Assembly: GCA_963805945.1 (NCBI GenBank) | Contig: CAWDVP010000006.1 | Location: 1 to 64,000 of the forward strand | Direction of reading: 5' to 3' | Origin: Vulcanimicrobiota bacterium | GTDB taxonomy: Bacteria > Vulcanimicrobiota > Vulcanimicrobiia > Eremiobacterales > Eremiobacteraceae | Length of the DNA: 64,000 nt | In this document: piece after piece, positions 31,975-40,829 of the stretch | Layout: the number at the start of each line of letters is the position of its first letter | How positions within the stretch are numbered: position 1 is the stretch's first letter | The notes under the pieces: generated by a model | The model's database searches: none | What the model was told of the DNA's origin: nothing | What the model saw: the letters and a program-made list of their open reading frames with translations, nothing else | Program-made: the position numbers and the translations under genes

Positions 31975-32472
31975 ATGAGACTGCTCACCCCCGATGCCAT
32001 CGTCGAGCGGGTGGAGGATATCTCGCCCGCGATGCTCGCGCGCCTCGGCGTGCTCGGCGTCGCGCTCGATCTCGATAACACCATCGTGCCGTGGCACACG
32101 GCGGATCTCACGCCGAGCGTCGTGCGCTGGGTCGCGGACGTCTTGGGCTCCGGCGTGCGCGTCTGCCTGATCACCAACAACTACGCGCAGCAAGCGCTCG
32201 ACGTCGCGCGGCAACTCGAGGTACCGATCGTCGCCGGCGCGCTCAAACCGGCGCCGGCGGCGTTCCGCAAAGCGCTGCGTGCGCTCGCGGTCGCCGCGCC
32301 TGCGAGCGCGGTGATCGGCGATCAGCTGTTCACCGATGTGCTCGGGGGCAAACTGCTCGGCATGCACGCGATCCTCGTGCAGCCGATCGGCGCGCGCGAG
32401 TTCTTCACCACCCGCTTCATGCGCATGGTCGAGCGCCCGCTGCTGGCGCGGATGCGCCGCTCGCAGACGTAG
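31975..32472 (+). CDS. yqeG: YqeG family HAD IIIA phosphatase
   Basis: DLDNT, KP, IGDQLFTDVLGG. Confidence 0.88.
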   Translation: MRLLTPDAIVERVEDISPAMLARLGVLGVALDLDNTIVPWHTADLTPSVVRWVADVLGSGVRVCLITNNYAQQALDVARQLEVPIVAGALKPAPAAFRKALRALAVAAPASAVIGDQLFTDVLGGKLLGMHAILVQPIGAREFFTTRFMRMVERPLLARMRRSQT

Positions 32473-32481
32473 CGGCGCACG

Positions 32482-33255
32482 ATGACGCAGCGCTACGCCA
32501 TCATCGGCGATCCCGTCGCGCACTCCCGCTCTCCCGCCATGCACAACGCCGCGTTCGCCGCGTGCGGCATCGACGCGACGTATGAGGCGTTTCGCGTGCG
32601 CACCGCCGGTCTCGAAGCGTTCGTCGTCGAAGCGCGCCGCTTGCCGCTCGCGGGCTTCAGCGTCACCACGCCGCTCAAAGAATCTATTCTCACATATCTG
32701 GACGAGGTGAGCGACGGAGCTGCGGCGATCAAAGCGGTCAATACGGTGCGCGTCGACAATGCGCGCTGGATCGGCGACAACACGGACGGGGCTGGTTTCG
32801 TCGCCGGCCTCGCGGACATGTGGCAGTGGACGCCTGCCGGCGCGAGCGCGCTCGTCGCGGGTAGCGGGCCGGCGGCTCGCGCCATCGCGCAAGCGCTGCG
32901 CTCGGCCGGCGCCGTGACGCTCTCATGCTGGGCGCGCGATGCGAACGCCGCTCGGGCGATCGGGCCGCCGCCGCAAAGGCCGCCAGACATCTTCGTCAGT
33001 GCGCTGCCCGCCGTCGCGGAGCTGCCGGATGAAGTACTGGAGTTCATCGGGCCGGCCACCAAGGTCGTGGACGTCAACTATGCGGCGGCGCGGTCGCCGG
33101 TGCCGGTGGGCCTTGGAAGCGCTCGCAGCGACGGCCTCGCCATGCTGCTCCATCAGGGCGCGCTGGCGTTCACCTGGTGGACCGGCCTGCCCCCGCCGCT
33201 GGCCGCTATGCGCCAGGCCCTCGGGGCGGTCGAATCGGGAGGGTCGGTCGAATAA
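32482..33255 (+). CDS. aroE: Shikimate dehydrogenase
   Basis: GDPVAHSRSPAMHN, SVTTPLKE, AVNT, GDNTD, DGLAMLLHQG. Confidence 0.92.
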   Translation: MTQRYAIIGDPVAHSRSPAMHNAAFAACGIDATYEAFRVRTAGLEAFVVEARRLPLAGFSVTTPLKESILTYLDEVSDGAAAIKAVNTVRVDNARWIGDNTDGAGFVAGLADMWQWTPAGASALVAGSGPAARAIAQALRSAGAVTLSCWARDANAARAIGPPPQRPPDIFVSALPAVAELPDEVLEFIGPATKVVDVNYAAARSPVPVGLGSARSDGLAMLLHQGALAFTWWTGLPPPLAAMRQALGAVESGGSVE

Positions 33256-33269
33256 ATTCGACCGCTCCA
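33245..33269 (+). repeat. REP-like palindrome (family B) supplying the aroE stop codon
   Basis: CGGTCGAATAAATTCGACCGCTCCA; the TAA at 33253-33255 ends aroE. Confidence 0.85.
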
Positions 33270-33313
33270 TGCCCGTCACACCAGGCCCCAGGGGCGGGGT
33301 ACCGGCCCCGAGA

Positions 33314-33341
33314 TAACGAACCGCGCTGTCCCTGCCGATAC
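33314..33341 (+). promoter_or_regulatory. Candidate sigma28-like promoter of pilT
   Basis: TAAC-N16-GCCGATAC. Confidence 0.5.
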
Positions 33342-33400
33342 AGTACTGAGGGCGGGTATTAGGCCCTATTCGGCTATGGGTGCGAGGCGGTAACGGGACA

Positions 33401-34489
33401 ATGGCTGCAAATGTAAGCGACCTGCTCGGTCTACGGATGGACGAGCTGATGCGCGTGACGATCGAACGCGGCGCATCGGACCTCCACATGAGCGTCGGTC
33501 TACCACCCACCCTGCGCATCGACGGGCGGCTCGCGCCGACGGAATTCCCGAAGCTTTCGCCCGACGATACCAAGCGGTTGGTCTACAGCATCCTGACAGA
33601 CCAGCAAAAAGAGCGCTTCGAGAAGAACCTCGAGCTCGATTTCTCGCACGGCCTCAAAGGCTTCGGCCGCTTCCGCGTCAACGCGTTCAAGCAGCGCGGC
33701 GTCATCGGCGCGGCCTTCCGCGCCATCCCGTCGACCGTGCCACCGCTTTCGACGCTCAATCTGCCAACCGTCATGGCGGACCTCACGACGCGCCCGCAAG
33801 GTCTCGTGCTCGTCACCGGGCCGACCGGCTCGGGCAAGTCGACGGCGCTCGCATCGATGCTCGACGTCATCAACTCGAGCGTGGCGCGGCACATCATGAC
33901 GATGGAAGACCCGATCGAGTATCTCCACTTCCATAAGATGTCGATCGTCAACCAGCGCGAGGTCGGCCAGGACACGCATTCCTTCCCGAACGCCTTACGC
34001 TCGGCGCTGCGCGAAGACCCGGACGTCGTGCTGGTCGGCGAAATGCGCGACATGGAGACCATCGCGGTGACGCTGACGATCGCCGAGACCGGTCACCTCG
34101 TGTACGCGACGCTGCACACCTCGGACGCCGCGCAGACCATCGACCGCATCATCGACGTCTTCCCGGCCCACCAGCAGCAGCAGATCCGCGTGCAGCTCGC
34201 CTCGGTCATCGAGGCGGTCGTGTGCTTGCGGCTGCTGCCGCACGCCTCGGGGGTCGGCCGCGTGCCGGCGGCCGAGGTCATGGTGGCGACGCCGGCCATC
34301 CGCAACCTCATCCGCGAGAACAAGACCCACCAGATCCACAATTCGATCGTGACCAGCCGCGGCATGCACATGCAGACCTTTGACATGTCGCTCCGCGACC
34401 TGGTGCGCAAACACATGATCACGCCTGAAGAGGCGTTCAACGCGTCCATGCACCCCGAAGAGCTGCGTAAGCTCATCGAGGGTGTCTAG
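33401..34489 (+). CDS. pilT: Type IV pilus retraction ATPase
   Basis: ASDLH, GPTGSGKST, EDPIEY, LREDPDVVLVGEMRD, AIRNLIRE. Confidence 0.96.
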   Translation: MAANVSDLLGLRMDELMRVTIERGASDLHMSVGLPPTLRIDGRLAPTEFPKLSPDDTKRLVYSILTDQQKERFEKNLELDFSHGLKGFGRFRVNAFKQRGVIGAAFRAIPSTVPPLSTLNLPTVMADLTTRPQGLVLVTGPTGSGKSTALASMLDVINSSVARHIMTMEDPIEYLHFHKMSIVNQREVGQDTHSFPNALRSALREDPDVVLVGEMRDMETIAVTLTIAETGHLVYATLHTSDAAQTIDRIIDVFPAHQQQQIRVQLASVIEAVVCLRLLPHASGVGRVPAAEVMVATPAIRNLIRENKTHQIHNSIVTSRGMHMQTFDMSLRDLVRKHMITPEEAFNASMHPEELRKLIEGV

Positions 34490-34513
34490 ACGCCAGGAGG
34501 GGGAACGTATATC

Positions 34514-34585
34514 ATGCAGATGTCGCTGTGGTGGCTGCTGATCTTAGTGGTCATCCTGCTCGTGGGCCAGCTCGTCAAGCTCTAG
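34514..34585 (+). CDS. 23-aa single-TM small protein
   Basis: AGGAGGGGGA RBS then MQMSLWWLLILVVILLVGQLVKL*. Confidence 0.55.
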   Translation: MQMSLWWLLILVVILLVGQLVKL

Positions 34586-34614
34586 ACCGCCCTATCTATA
34601 AGGACTGAAGAGAA

Positions 34615-35841
34615 ATGCCAAGCTTCGCGTATCAGGCGAAAGATCAGGCCGGCAAGTCGGTCAACGGGGTCATCGAAGCGGAGAACGAGCGCGTCTTACG
34701 CGCCAAACTCCGGGAGATGAACTATTATGTGACCGGCATCACACAGAAGCAGACCGCAGGCCTGAACGCGGACGTCGGTGCGATCTTCAGCAAATGGCGC
34801 AGCGTCAACGAACAGGCGCTGGTCGTTTTCGCGCGTCAGTTCGCGACCATGATCAACGCCGGCCTCGCGATGGTGCGTTGCCTCGATGTCTTGAGCATCC
34901 AGACCGAAGATCAGGTGCTCAAGCCCGTCATCACCGCGGTGCGGCGCGAGGTGGAGGGCGGCTCCACCCTCGCCGCGGGCCTCGCGAAATTCCCCAAAGT
35001 CTTCTCGCCGCTGTTCACCAACATGGTGCGCGCTGGCGAGTTGGGCGGTATCCTTGACGACGTGCTCAACCGGCTCGCGACCTTCCTCGAAAAGGACTTC
35101 AACCTGAAGAAGAAGGTGAAGTCCGCGATGACCTATCCCGCCGTCATCCTCGTGATGGCCGTCCTCATCGTCATGTTCCTGGTCATCTTCATCATGCCGA
35201 CCTTCGTCGAGCTGTTCAACGGCATGCAGATGACCCTACCAGTGCCCACCAAGATCCTCATCGCGTTCACCAACGGCGCGCGCAACCCGTACGTCGTCAT
35301 CCCGACGGTCATCCTTATGATCGTCGCATTTGTCATCTTCAAGCGGTACACGGCTACTCAAGTGGGACGGCGTCAGTACGACGCCTTCAAACTCAAACTG
35401 CCCGTGTTCGGCATGCTCATCCGCAAGGTCGCCATTTCGCGGTTCTGCCGCACTCTGGGCACCCTGCTGCAGTCCGGCGTCCCGATAATGCAAGCGCTTG
35501 AGATCGTGGGCAAGGCCTCGGGTAACGAAGTGGTGGCCGAAACGGTCATAAAAGTGAGGGAATCGGTGCGTGAAGGCGAGTCGATCGCCGTGCCGCTGCA
35601 GCTGTCCGGGCTCTTCCCGCCGCTCGTCACCCAGATGGTCGCAGTCGGCGAAGAGACCGGTAACCTCGACGGCATGCTTTCGAAGATCTCGGATTTCTAC
35701 GACACCGAAGTCGAGTACATGCTGGCGTCGTTGACCTCGCTGCTCGAACCGATCCTGATCCTTGCGATGGGATTCATCGTCGGCTTCATCGTCATTTCGG
35801 TGTTCCTGCCGCTCTACCAGATCATTGGGAACATCAAGTAA
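34615..35841 (+). CDS. pilC: Type IV pilus platform protein PilC
   Basis: FARQFATMINAG, SAMTYP, VGEETGNLD, LLEP. Confidence 0.95.
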   Translation: MPSFAYQAKDQAGKSVNGVIEAENERVLRAKLREMNYYVTGITQKQTAGLNADVGAIFSKWRSVNEQALVVFARQFATMINAGLAMVRCLDVLSIQTEDQVLKPVITAVRREVEGGSTLAAGLAKFPKVFSPLFTNMVRAGELGGILDDVLNRLATFLEKDFNLKKKVKSAMTYPAVILVMAVLIVMFLVIFIMPTFVELFNGMQMTLPVPTKILIAFTNGARNPYVVIPTVILMIVAFVIFKRYTATQVGRRQYDAFKLKLPVFGMLIRKVAISRFCRTLGTLLQSGVPIMQALEIVGKASGNEVVAETVIKVRESVREGESIAVPLQLSGLFPPLVTQMVAVGEETGNLDGMLSKISDFYDTEVEYMLASLTSLLEPILILAMGFIVGFIVISVFLPLYQIIGNIK

Positions 35842-35848
35842 AGGGGAC

Positions 35849-36604
35849 ATGAGCACAGCCATCGCGGCACCGCTCGTACCCGCGTCGAACGACGAGTTCG
35901 CCGCCTATCTGAAAACGCGCTCGCGCGATCTGCGCGACGAGCTCGTGGTCGCCAATATGCCGCTCGTCAAGCGCATCGCGAACCACTTCGCGAAGGATCC
36001 GAGCCTGCGCGACGATCTCGTGCAGGTGGGCTACGTCGGTCTCATCAAGGCGGTCGAGAACTTCAATCCCACGCTCGGCGTGCCGTTCGAGGCGTACGCG
36101 CGGCCGGTGATCGGCGGCGAAATGTCGCACTACCTGCGCGACCTCGCGCCCGTGCTGCGGCCGCCGCGCTGGTATCGCGGCCTCAATCGGCGCTTGCACG
36201 CAGCCCGCGAGATGCTGCTCGCGAAGTTCGAACGCGAACCCTCTGCCGAAGAGCTCGCGGAAGCGATGAACACGACGGTGGACGGCGTCGAGGAGATATT
36301 GAAGCTGCGCGCTGCGTACAATTTGATGTCGCTGTCGCCAAACGCCGAGTCGCCCGAGACGCAAGTGAAGCTCGAGGCGATCCGCAGTCGGCGCCAGGTC
36401 TCGTTCCAGTTGCCGCTCGAGGACCGCGTGACGCTCGATATGGCGCTCGACCAGCTCGCGACGTTCGAGCGCAAGGTCGTGTATCTGTTCTTCTTCATGG
36501 ATCTCACGCAGACCGAGATCGCCGAACAGGTGGGCTCGAACCAGCGCCAGGTGTCGCGCACCCTGGCCAAGACGCTGCAGAAGATGCGAGATACCATCGC
36601 TTGA
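35849..36604 (+). CDS. Group-3 alternative sigma factor (SigB/SigF-like)
   Basis: DDLVQVGYVGLIKAVENF, GGEMSHYLRD, LTQTEIA...QRQVSR. Confidence 0.9.
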   Translation: MSTAIAAPLVPASNDEFAAYLKTRSRDLRDELVVANMPLVKRIANHFAKDPSLRDDLVQVGYVGLIKAVENFNPTLGVPFEAYARPVIGGEMSHYLRDLAPVLRPPRWYRGLNRRLHAAREMLLAKFEREPSAEELAEAMNTTVDGVEEILKLRAAYNLMSLSPNAESPETQVKLEAIRSRRQVSFQLPLEDRVTLDMALDQLATFERKVVYLFFFMDLTQTEIAEQVGSNQRQVSRTLAKTLQKMRDTIA

Positions 36605-38043
36605 TGCCGCGGTCGGCGGCCGCACCGACACGCAGCTCCATCATCTGGCTGTTCATCGCGCTCGTCCTGGGCGCGCTGCTCATTTTCTGGCGGCTTAGCG
36701 CGGCGAGCCTGTTCCTCGACGAGGCGTTCACGCTGTCCGTGGCGGGGGAACCTATCCCCCGGCTGCTTGCGCTCGTCGCGCAGTCCGATGCGTCGTCACC
36801 GCTCTTCCATCTTATGACCCACGCGGCGGAGACCGCGCTGCACTGGCCGGTGTGGGACTATCGCTGGCTGGTGGCGCCGTTCGGACTCGTGACTATTTTC
36901 GCGACCTGGGCGATCGCCGGCCGCCTGTTCGGGCCGAATGCCGCGAGCGTGGCGGGCATCGTCGTCGCCAGCTCGGCGATCCTGCTCGACTGGGATCGCA
37001 TGTACCGGATGTACGGGATCTTCGTCGCCTTGAGCGTGCTCTCGTGGTGGCTCCTGCTGGTCTTGGAAGAATCCACGGGGACGCGGCGCCGCTGGCTCGC
37101 CGCGGCGTACGTATGTTGCGCCGCCCTCATGCCGCTGTTCGTCTACCTTGGCTTTGTCGTCCTAGGCAGCCAAGCAGTGTACGCGCTCGCGCGCGCCAAC
37201 CTCCGCTGGCCTGTCGGCATCGCTTGTATGGCCGCGGTAGTAGCGCTCGTCCCATGGTGGTGGGGGTTTCAAGAGCAGCTGGCGCGCGGCGGCACAGCGG
37301 TGTTGGCGCGCGAAGTGCACTGGATCGGCGTCGCGCGCAATCTGGTCGCGCAGGATCTGACCATCGAATGGTATGCGCAGCAGCCGCTCGTCGACTGGCT
37401 CATCACCATCGTCACACTCGCGCTTGTTGGCGGCGCGCTGTGGCTGGGCAGACGCACCGCGCTGCCGTTCTGGCTCTTGCCGGCGGGGCTGCAGATCGCC
37501 GCGAGCGCGGTGCTGAGCAAGAATCTGGTCAATCCGCGCTATCTCCTGTACTCGGTGCCCGCCTTCGCGGTCTGCGTCGGCGCGGTCGCGGCATGGCAAT
37601 GGCGCGGGCGCATCCTCGGCATCGTCGCAGCGCTGCTCGTCGTCGGCGTGAATATTGTGGGCGCGCAGAACCTGTTGCTCGATCCGTTGTATCAGCGCAC
37701 CGATTGGTTCGCGGTCGCCGCGGTACTCACGCGCAATGGGCAGCCGGAGGACGTCGTCGTGCTCGATCAAGGCTACACGCATTACGCGGTAGAGCAGCTC
37801 GTGGGTTTCCGCGATCGCGAGACCTTCGACATCGAGTCGCAGCGCGCCGTCGCCGCATCGAAGGCGTGGCTGCACGCCCGGCCCAAGCGGCGCGTGTGGT
37901 ACGTGGAGAATCAATTCTATTACCCAGACCCGGGCAGGGAGGTCCTCGCATATCTCACCAGCGCGCGACCGATCGTCGCGAAGCTACTTACAGCGCAGAT
38001 CGACCGTCGGCGACACGGTGAGCATCGTGCTTTTCGGTCCTGA
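36604..38043 (+). CDS. GT-C fold glycosyltransferase (GT39/PMT-like), candidate pilin glycosyltransferase
   Basis: SLFLDEAFT, SPLFH, RMY, PRYLL, multi-TM; directly upstream of the pilins. Confidence 0.78.
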   Translation: MPRSAAAPTRSSIIWLFIALVLGALLIFWRLSAASLFLDEAFTLSVAGEPIPRLLALVAQSDASSPLFHLMTHAAETALHWPVWDYRWLVAPFGLVTIFATWAIAGRLFGPNAASVAGIVVASSAILLDWDRMYRMYGIFVALSVLSWWLLLVLEESTGTRRRWLAAAYVCCAALMPLFVYLGFVVLGSQAVYALARANLRWPVGIACMAAVVALVPWWWGFQEQLARGGTAVLAREVHWIGVARNLVAQDLTIEWYAQQPLVDWLITIVTLALVGGALWLGRRTALPFWLLPAGLQIAASAVLSKNLVNPRYLLYSVPAFAVCVGAVAAWQWRGRILGIVAALLVVGVNIVGAQNLLLDPLYQRTDWFAVAAVLTRNGQPEDVVVLDQGYTHYAVEQLVGFRDRETFDIESQRAVAASKAWLHARPKRRVWYVENQFYYPDPGREVLAYLTSARPIVAKLLTAQIDRRRHGEHRAFRS

Positions 38044-38060
38044 GCGACCTTCGTCGCACT

Positions 38061-38076
38061 TGTGACCGGAGTCACT
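38061..38076. promoter_or_regulatory. CRP-type box upstream of pilin 1
   Basis: TGTGA-CCGGAG-TCACT. Confidence 0.6.
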
Positions 38077-38102
38077 TCGGCCTCGTTTCCAGCTCACAAT
38101 GC

Positions 38103-38110
38103 GCCGATAT
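38103..38110 (+). promoter_or_regulatory. Candidate sigma28-like -10 element for pilin 1
   Basis: GCCGATAT; no clear -35, CRP box just upstream. Confidence 0.45.
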
Positions 38111-38274
38111 ATGTCTATGTCAGACGATTCTTGGGCAGTCGCAGTAACAGAGAAGCGGTTCCGGCGCGCACAATTGAGAGCGAATGGTTTTCGCGGCGCG
38201 TAGTCGCCTGCCGAGCGGCGGTCTTGGGATCATCAAACTTGGCATTAGGAACTCACCGAAGGAGTATTTATACT

Positions 38275-38722
38275 GTGAAGAAGCTTCAAAAGGGGTTCAC
38301 GCTGATCGAGTTGATGATCGTCATTGCGATCATCGCGATTTTGGCGGCGATCCTCATCCCCAACTTCCTGCACGCGCGCGCCGAGTCTCAGACGTCGGCC
38401 TGCGAGGGCAACGAGAAACAGCTGGCGACCGCACTCGAAGAGTATGCGGTCGACAATTCGCGGTCAGTATCCCGCGAGCTTCGCCGCGCTGATCGCGGCG
38501 AACAGCGGCGTGTACCTCAAGCTCGTCCCGCCGGATCCGGCAGGCGGCAACTACACGTTGGCGGTCCCGGCGGCAGCGCCGTGCACGATGACACAGCCCA
38601 ACACGTACATCATCACCGACGGCGGTAACCACGACACGACGACCAGCCAAAGCCTCCCGCTCGCGGTGCCCGCCACCAAGGCGATCGCGTACTGCTCGGG
38701 CTCGGGCCTCGTCGCCAACTAG
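38275..38722 (+). CDS. pilA: Type IV pilin, copy 1 (1-nt insertion near 38460)
   Basis: KG|FTLIELMIVIAII class III signal; near-identical to copy 2. Confidence 0.9.
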
Positions 38723-38744
38723 ACCACAGATCCCCAACAACTGC

Positions 38745-38781
38745 CAAGCGGGATCCCGAGTGCGTGCTCGGGTCCCGCTTG
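38745..38781 (+). terminator. Hairpin after pilin 1
   Basis: CAAGCGGGA-T-CCCGAG...CTCGGG-TCCCGCTTG. Confidence 0.6.
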
Positions 38782-38799
38782 TCATTTCCGGGCGGGAGG

Positions 38800-38815
38800 T
38801 GTGACGTGCGTCAGA
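38800..38815. promoter_or_regulatory. CRP-type box upstream of pilin 2
   Basis: TGTGA-CGTGCG-TCAGA. Confidence 0.6.
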
Positions 38816-38995
38816 CCAGCCAACCATTCCCAGGGACGCTGCCAGCGGTCTAGGGGTCGGCGCAAAATGGGCATTCTAGAGGTTGTAAGGTGCGGCGCGT
38901 TTGATAATCGGGCAATGTTAATCCCCGGCTGCGAACGGCGATCGAGACCTAAAACTCTAACACCAAGGCAGCATGCCACAGAGAGGGTTTTCACT

Positions 38996-39442
38996 GTGAA
39001 GAAGCTTCAAAAGGGGTTCACGCTGATCGAGTTGATGATCGTCATTGCGATCATCGCGATTTTGGCGGCGATCCTCATCCCCAACTTCCTGCACGCGCGC
39101 GCCGAGTCTCAGACGTCGGCCTGCGAGGGCAATGAGAAACAGCTGGCCACCGCACTCGAAGAGTATGCGGTCGACAATTCCGGTCAGTATCCGGCGAGCT
39201 TCGCCGCGCTGATTGCGGCGAACAGCGGCGTGTACCTCAAGCTCGTCCCGCCGGATCCGGCAGGCGGCAACTACACGTTGGCGGTCCCTGCGGCAGCGCC
39301 GTGCACGATGACACAGCCCAACACGTACATCATCACCGACGGCGGTAACCACGACACGACGACCACCCAAAGCCTCCCGCTCGCGGTGCCCGCCACCAAG
39401 GCGATCGCGTACTGCTCGGGCTCGGGCCTCGTCGCCAACTAG
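38996..39442 (+). CDS. pilA: Type IV pilin, copy 2 (intact, 148 aa)
   Basis: KG|FTLIE motif, GTG start. Confidence 0.95.
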   Translation: MKKLQKGFTLIELMIVIAIIAILAAILIPNFLHARAESQTSACEGNEKQLATALEEYAVDNSGQYPASFAALIAANSGVYLKLVPPDPAGGNYTLAVPAAAPCTMTQPNTYIITDGGNHDTTTTQSLPLAVPATKAIAYCSGSGLVAN

Positions 39443-39467
39443 ACCACGTCCCAATCCGTTAGGAGCG

Positions 39468-39506
39468 AAGCGGGACTGTGAGGAGTACTCAGGGTCCCGC
39501 TTTCTT
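39468..39506 (+). terminator. Intrinsic terminator-like hairpin after pilin 2
   Basis: AAGCGGGAC...GTCCCGCTT-TCTT. Confidence 0.6.
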
Positions 39507-39546
39507 GCCTCCCGCTGACGGTATGTGGAGGACGCAGAAGGTCAAT

Positions 39547-40006
39547 ATGCAGACGCGAAGACCGGCGCGAGGTTTCACCCTCATCGAGTTGATGATCGTC
39601 ATCGCCATCATCGCCGATGCTCGCTGCCATCCTCATCCCGAACTTCATGCACGCCCGCGCCGAGGCGCACACGTACAGCTGCGAGGGCAACCTCAAGCAA
39701 CTGGCGACAGCGATGGAAGAATACGCGGCAGACAATGCAGGGTCATATCCAGCGTCGATCGCGGTGCTGCAGGCCGCCAACAGCGGCGTCTACTTGAAGA
39801 GCGTGCCGCCGGATCCGGGCGGCGGCGCTTATACGATAACCAATACCGCCGTGGCGCCGTGCGTCTCGGTCGGTGGCGGGCCCACATACACGATCACCGA
39901 TGGGGATCAGCACGATCCAACCACGGGCACCGGCATTCCAGGCTGGGTCGTGGGGAATAAAGGGGTCGATTATTGCGCGGGTACCGGGCTCATTTCGGTT
40001 CCGTGA
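39547..40006 (+). CDS. Type IV pilin, divergent paralog (1-nt insertion near 39615)
   Basis: RG|FTLIELMIVIAII...IPNFMHARAE...CEGNLKQLATA; same Cys pattern as copies 1 and 2. Confidence 0.88.
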
Positions 40007-40015
40007 TCGCCTGAC

Positions 40016-40783
40016 GTGACGGCGATCGAACTCATCCTCGTGAGCGCGTTCGGCCTGGCGATCGGCTCGTTCCTCAACGTGGTCATCTACCGTCTGCCGC
40101 GCGGCGAATCGCTGTCGTTCCCGCCCTCTCATTGCACCACGTGCTCGCACCGGCTGAGCTGGTTCGACAACCTGCCGGTGGCGTCGTGGCTCGTCTTGCG
40201 CGGGCGCTGCCGCTATTGCGGCGCGAGCATCTCCCCGCGCTATCCGCTCGTCGAGCTGATGACCGCGGCGCTGTTCATGGTGAGCCTGCTCGTCTTCGGC
40301 GAGAGCGCGGCCGCCGTCACGGCGGCGTTGCTCGGCGCGCTGCTGGTGGTCATCGCGTTCATCGATCTCGACCATCTGCTCGTCCTCGACGGGACGACGA
40401 TCGCCGCCGCGGTGATCGGGCTCGCGGCGGCAGCGGTCACGCATCAACTGCTTGCCGCGCTCGAGGGTGCGGCGTGCGGCGTCGTGCTGTTCGGGGTCAT
40501 CTATCTCGCGACGCGCGGCGCCGGCATGGGGTTGGGCGACGTAAAGCTCGCGGCGGTGCTCGGTCTTTTCTTGGGATTCCCGCTGAGCCTAGCGGCATTT
40601 CTCGCCGCCTTCGTCATCGGAGCCGCGCTCGCGATCCCTGTGGTGGTGGCGCGGCGCCGCTCGCGGCGAGACGCACTGCCGTTCGGGCCGTTCCTGGTGA
40701 TGGCCGCGACGGCGGCCACCTTCGCCCCGGCCCTGTTCGCAGGCGCGCTCCAGGCGTACCGGGGTCTTTTCCCCGGCTACTGA
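40016..40783 (+). CDS. pilD: Prepilin peptidase
   Basis: GSFLNVVIYRLP, two CxxC, ISPRYP, GMGLGDVK, PFGPFL. Confidence 0.95.
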   Translation: MTAIELILVSAFGLAIGSFLNVVIYRLPRGESLSFPPSHCTTCSHRLSWFDNLPVASWLVLRGRCRYCGASISPRYPLVELMTAALFMVSLLVFGESAAAVTAALLGALLVVIAFIDLDHLLVLDGTTIAAAVIGLAAAAVTHQLLAALEGAACGVVLFGVIYLATRGAGMGLGDVKLAAVLGLFLGFPLSLAAFLAAFVIGAALAIPVVVARRRSRRDALPFGPFLVMAATAATFAPALFAGALQAYRGLFPGY

Positions 40784-40805
40784 TGCGGCCGGCACGTGCC
40801 GATAC
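40778..40805 (+). promoter_or_regulatory. Candidate sigma28-like promoter of crp
   Basis: TACT-N16-GCCGATAC. Confidence 0.4.
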
Positions 40806-40829
40806 ACCGGAATGAGGCGGTGATCAGAC

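Noticed and set aside
38996..39442. Conductive e-pilin linked to the multiheme cytochrome
   Set aside because: Full-length pilin with modest aromatic content; the cytochrome lies across the suspected assembly junction
38440..39630. Pilin frameshifts as phase variation or silent cassettes
   Set aside because: The indels are not in homopolymer or SSR tracts, and similar indels hit housekeeping genes throughout the window
38275..40006. Pilin duplication as a DGR template/variable repeat pair
   Set aside because: Differences are few, mostly synonymous and not adenine-specific; no reverse transcriptase is present
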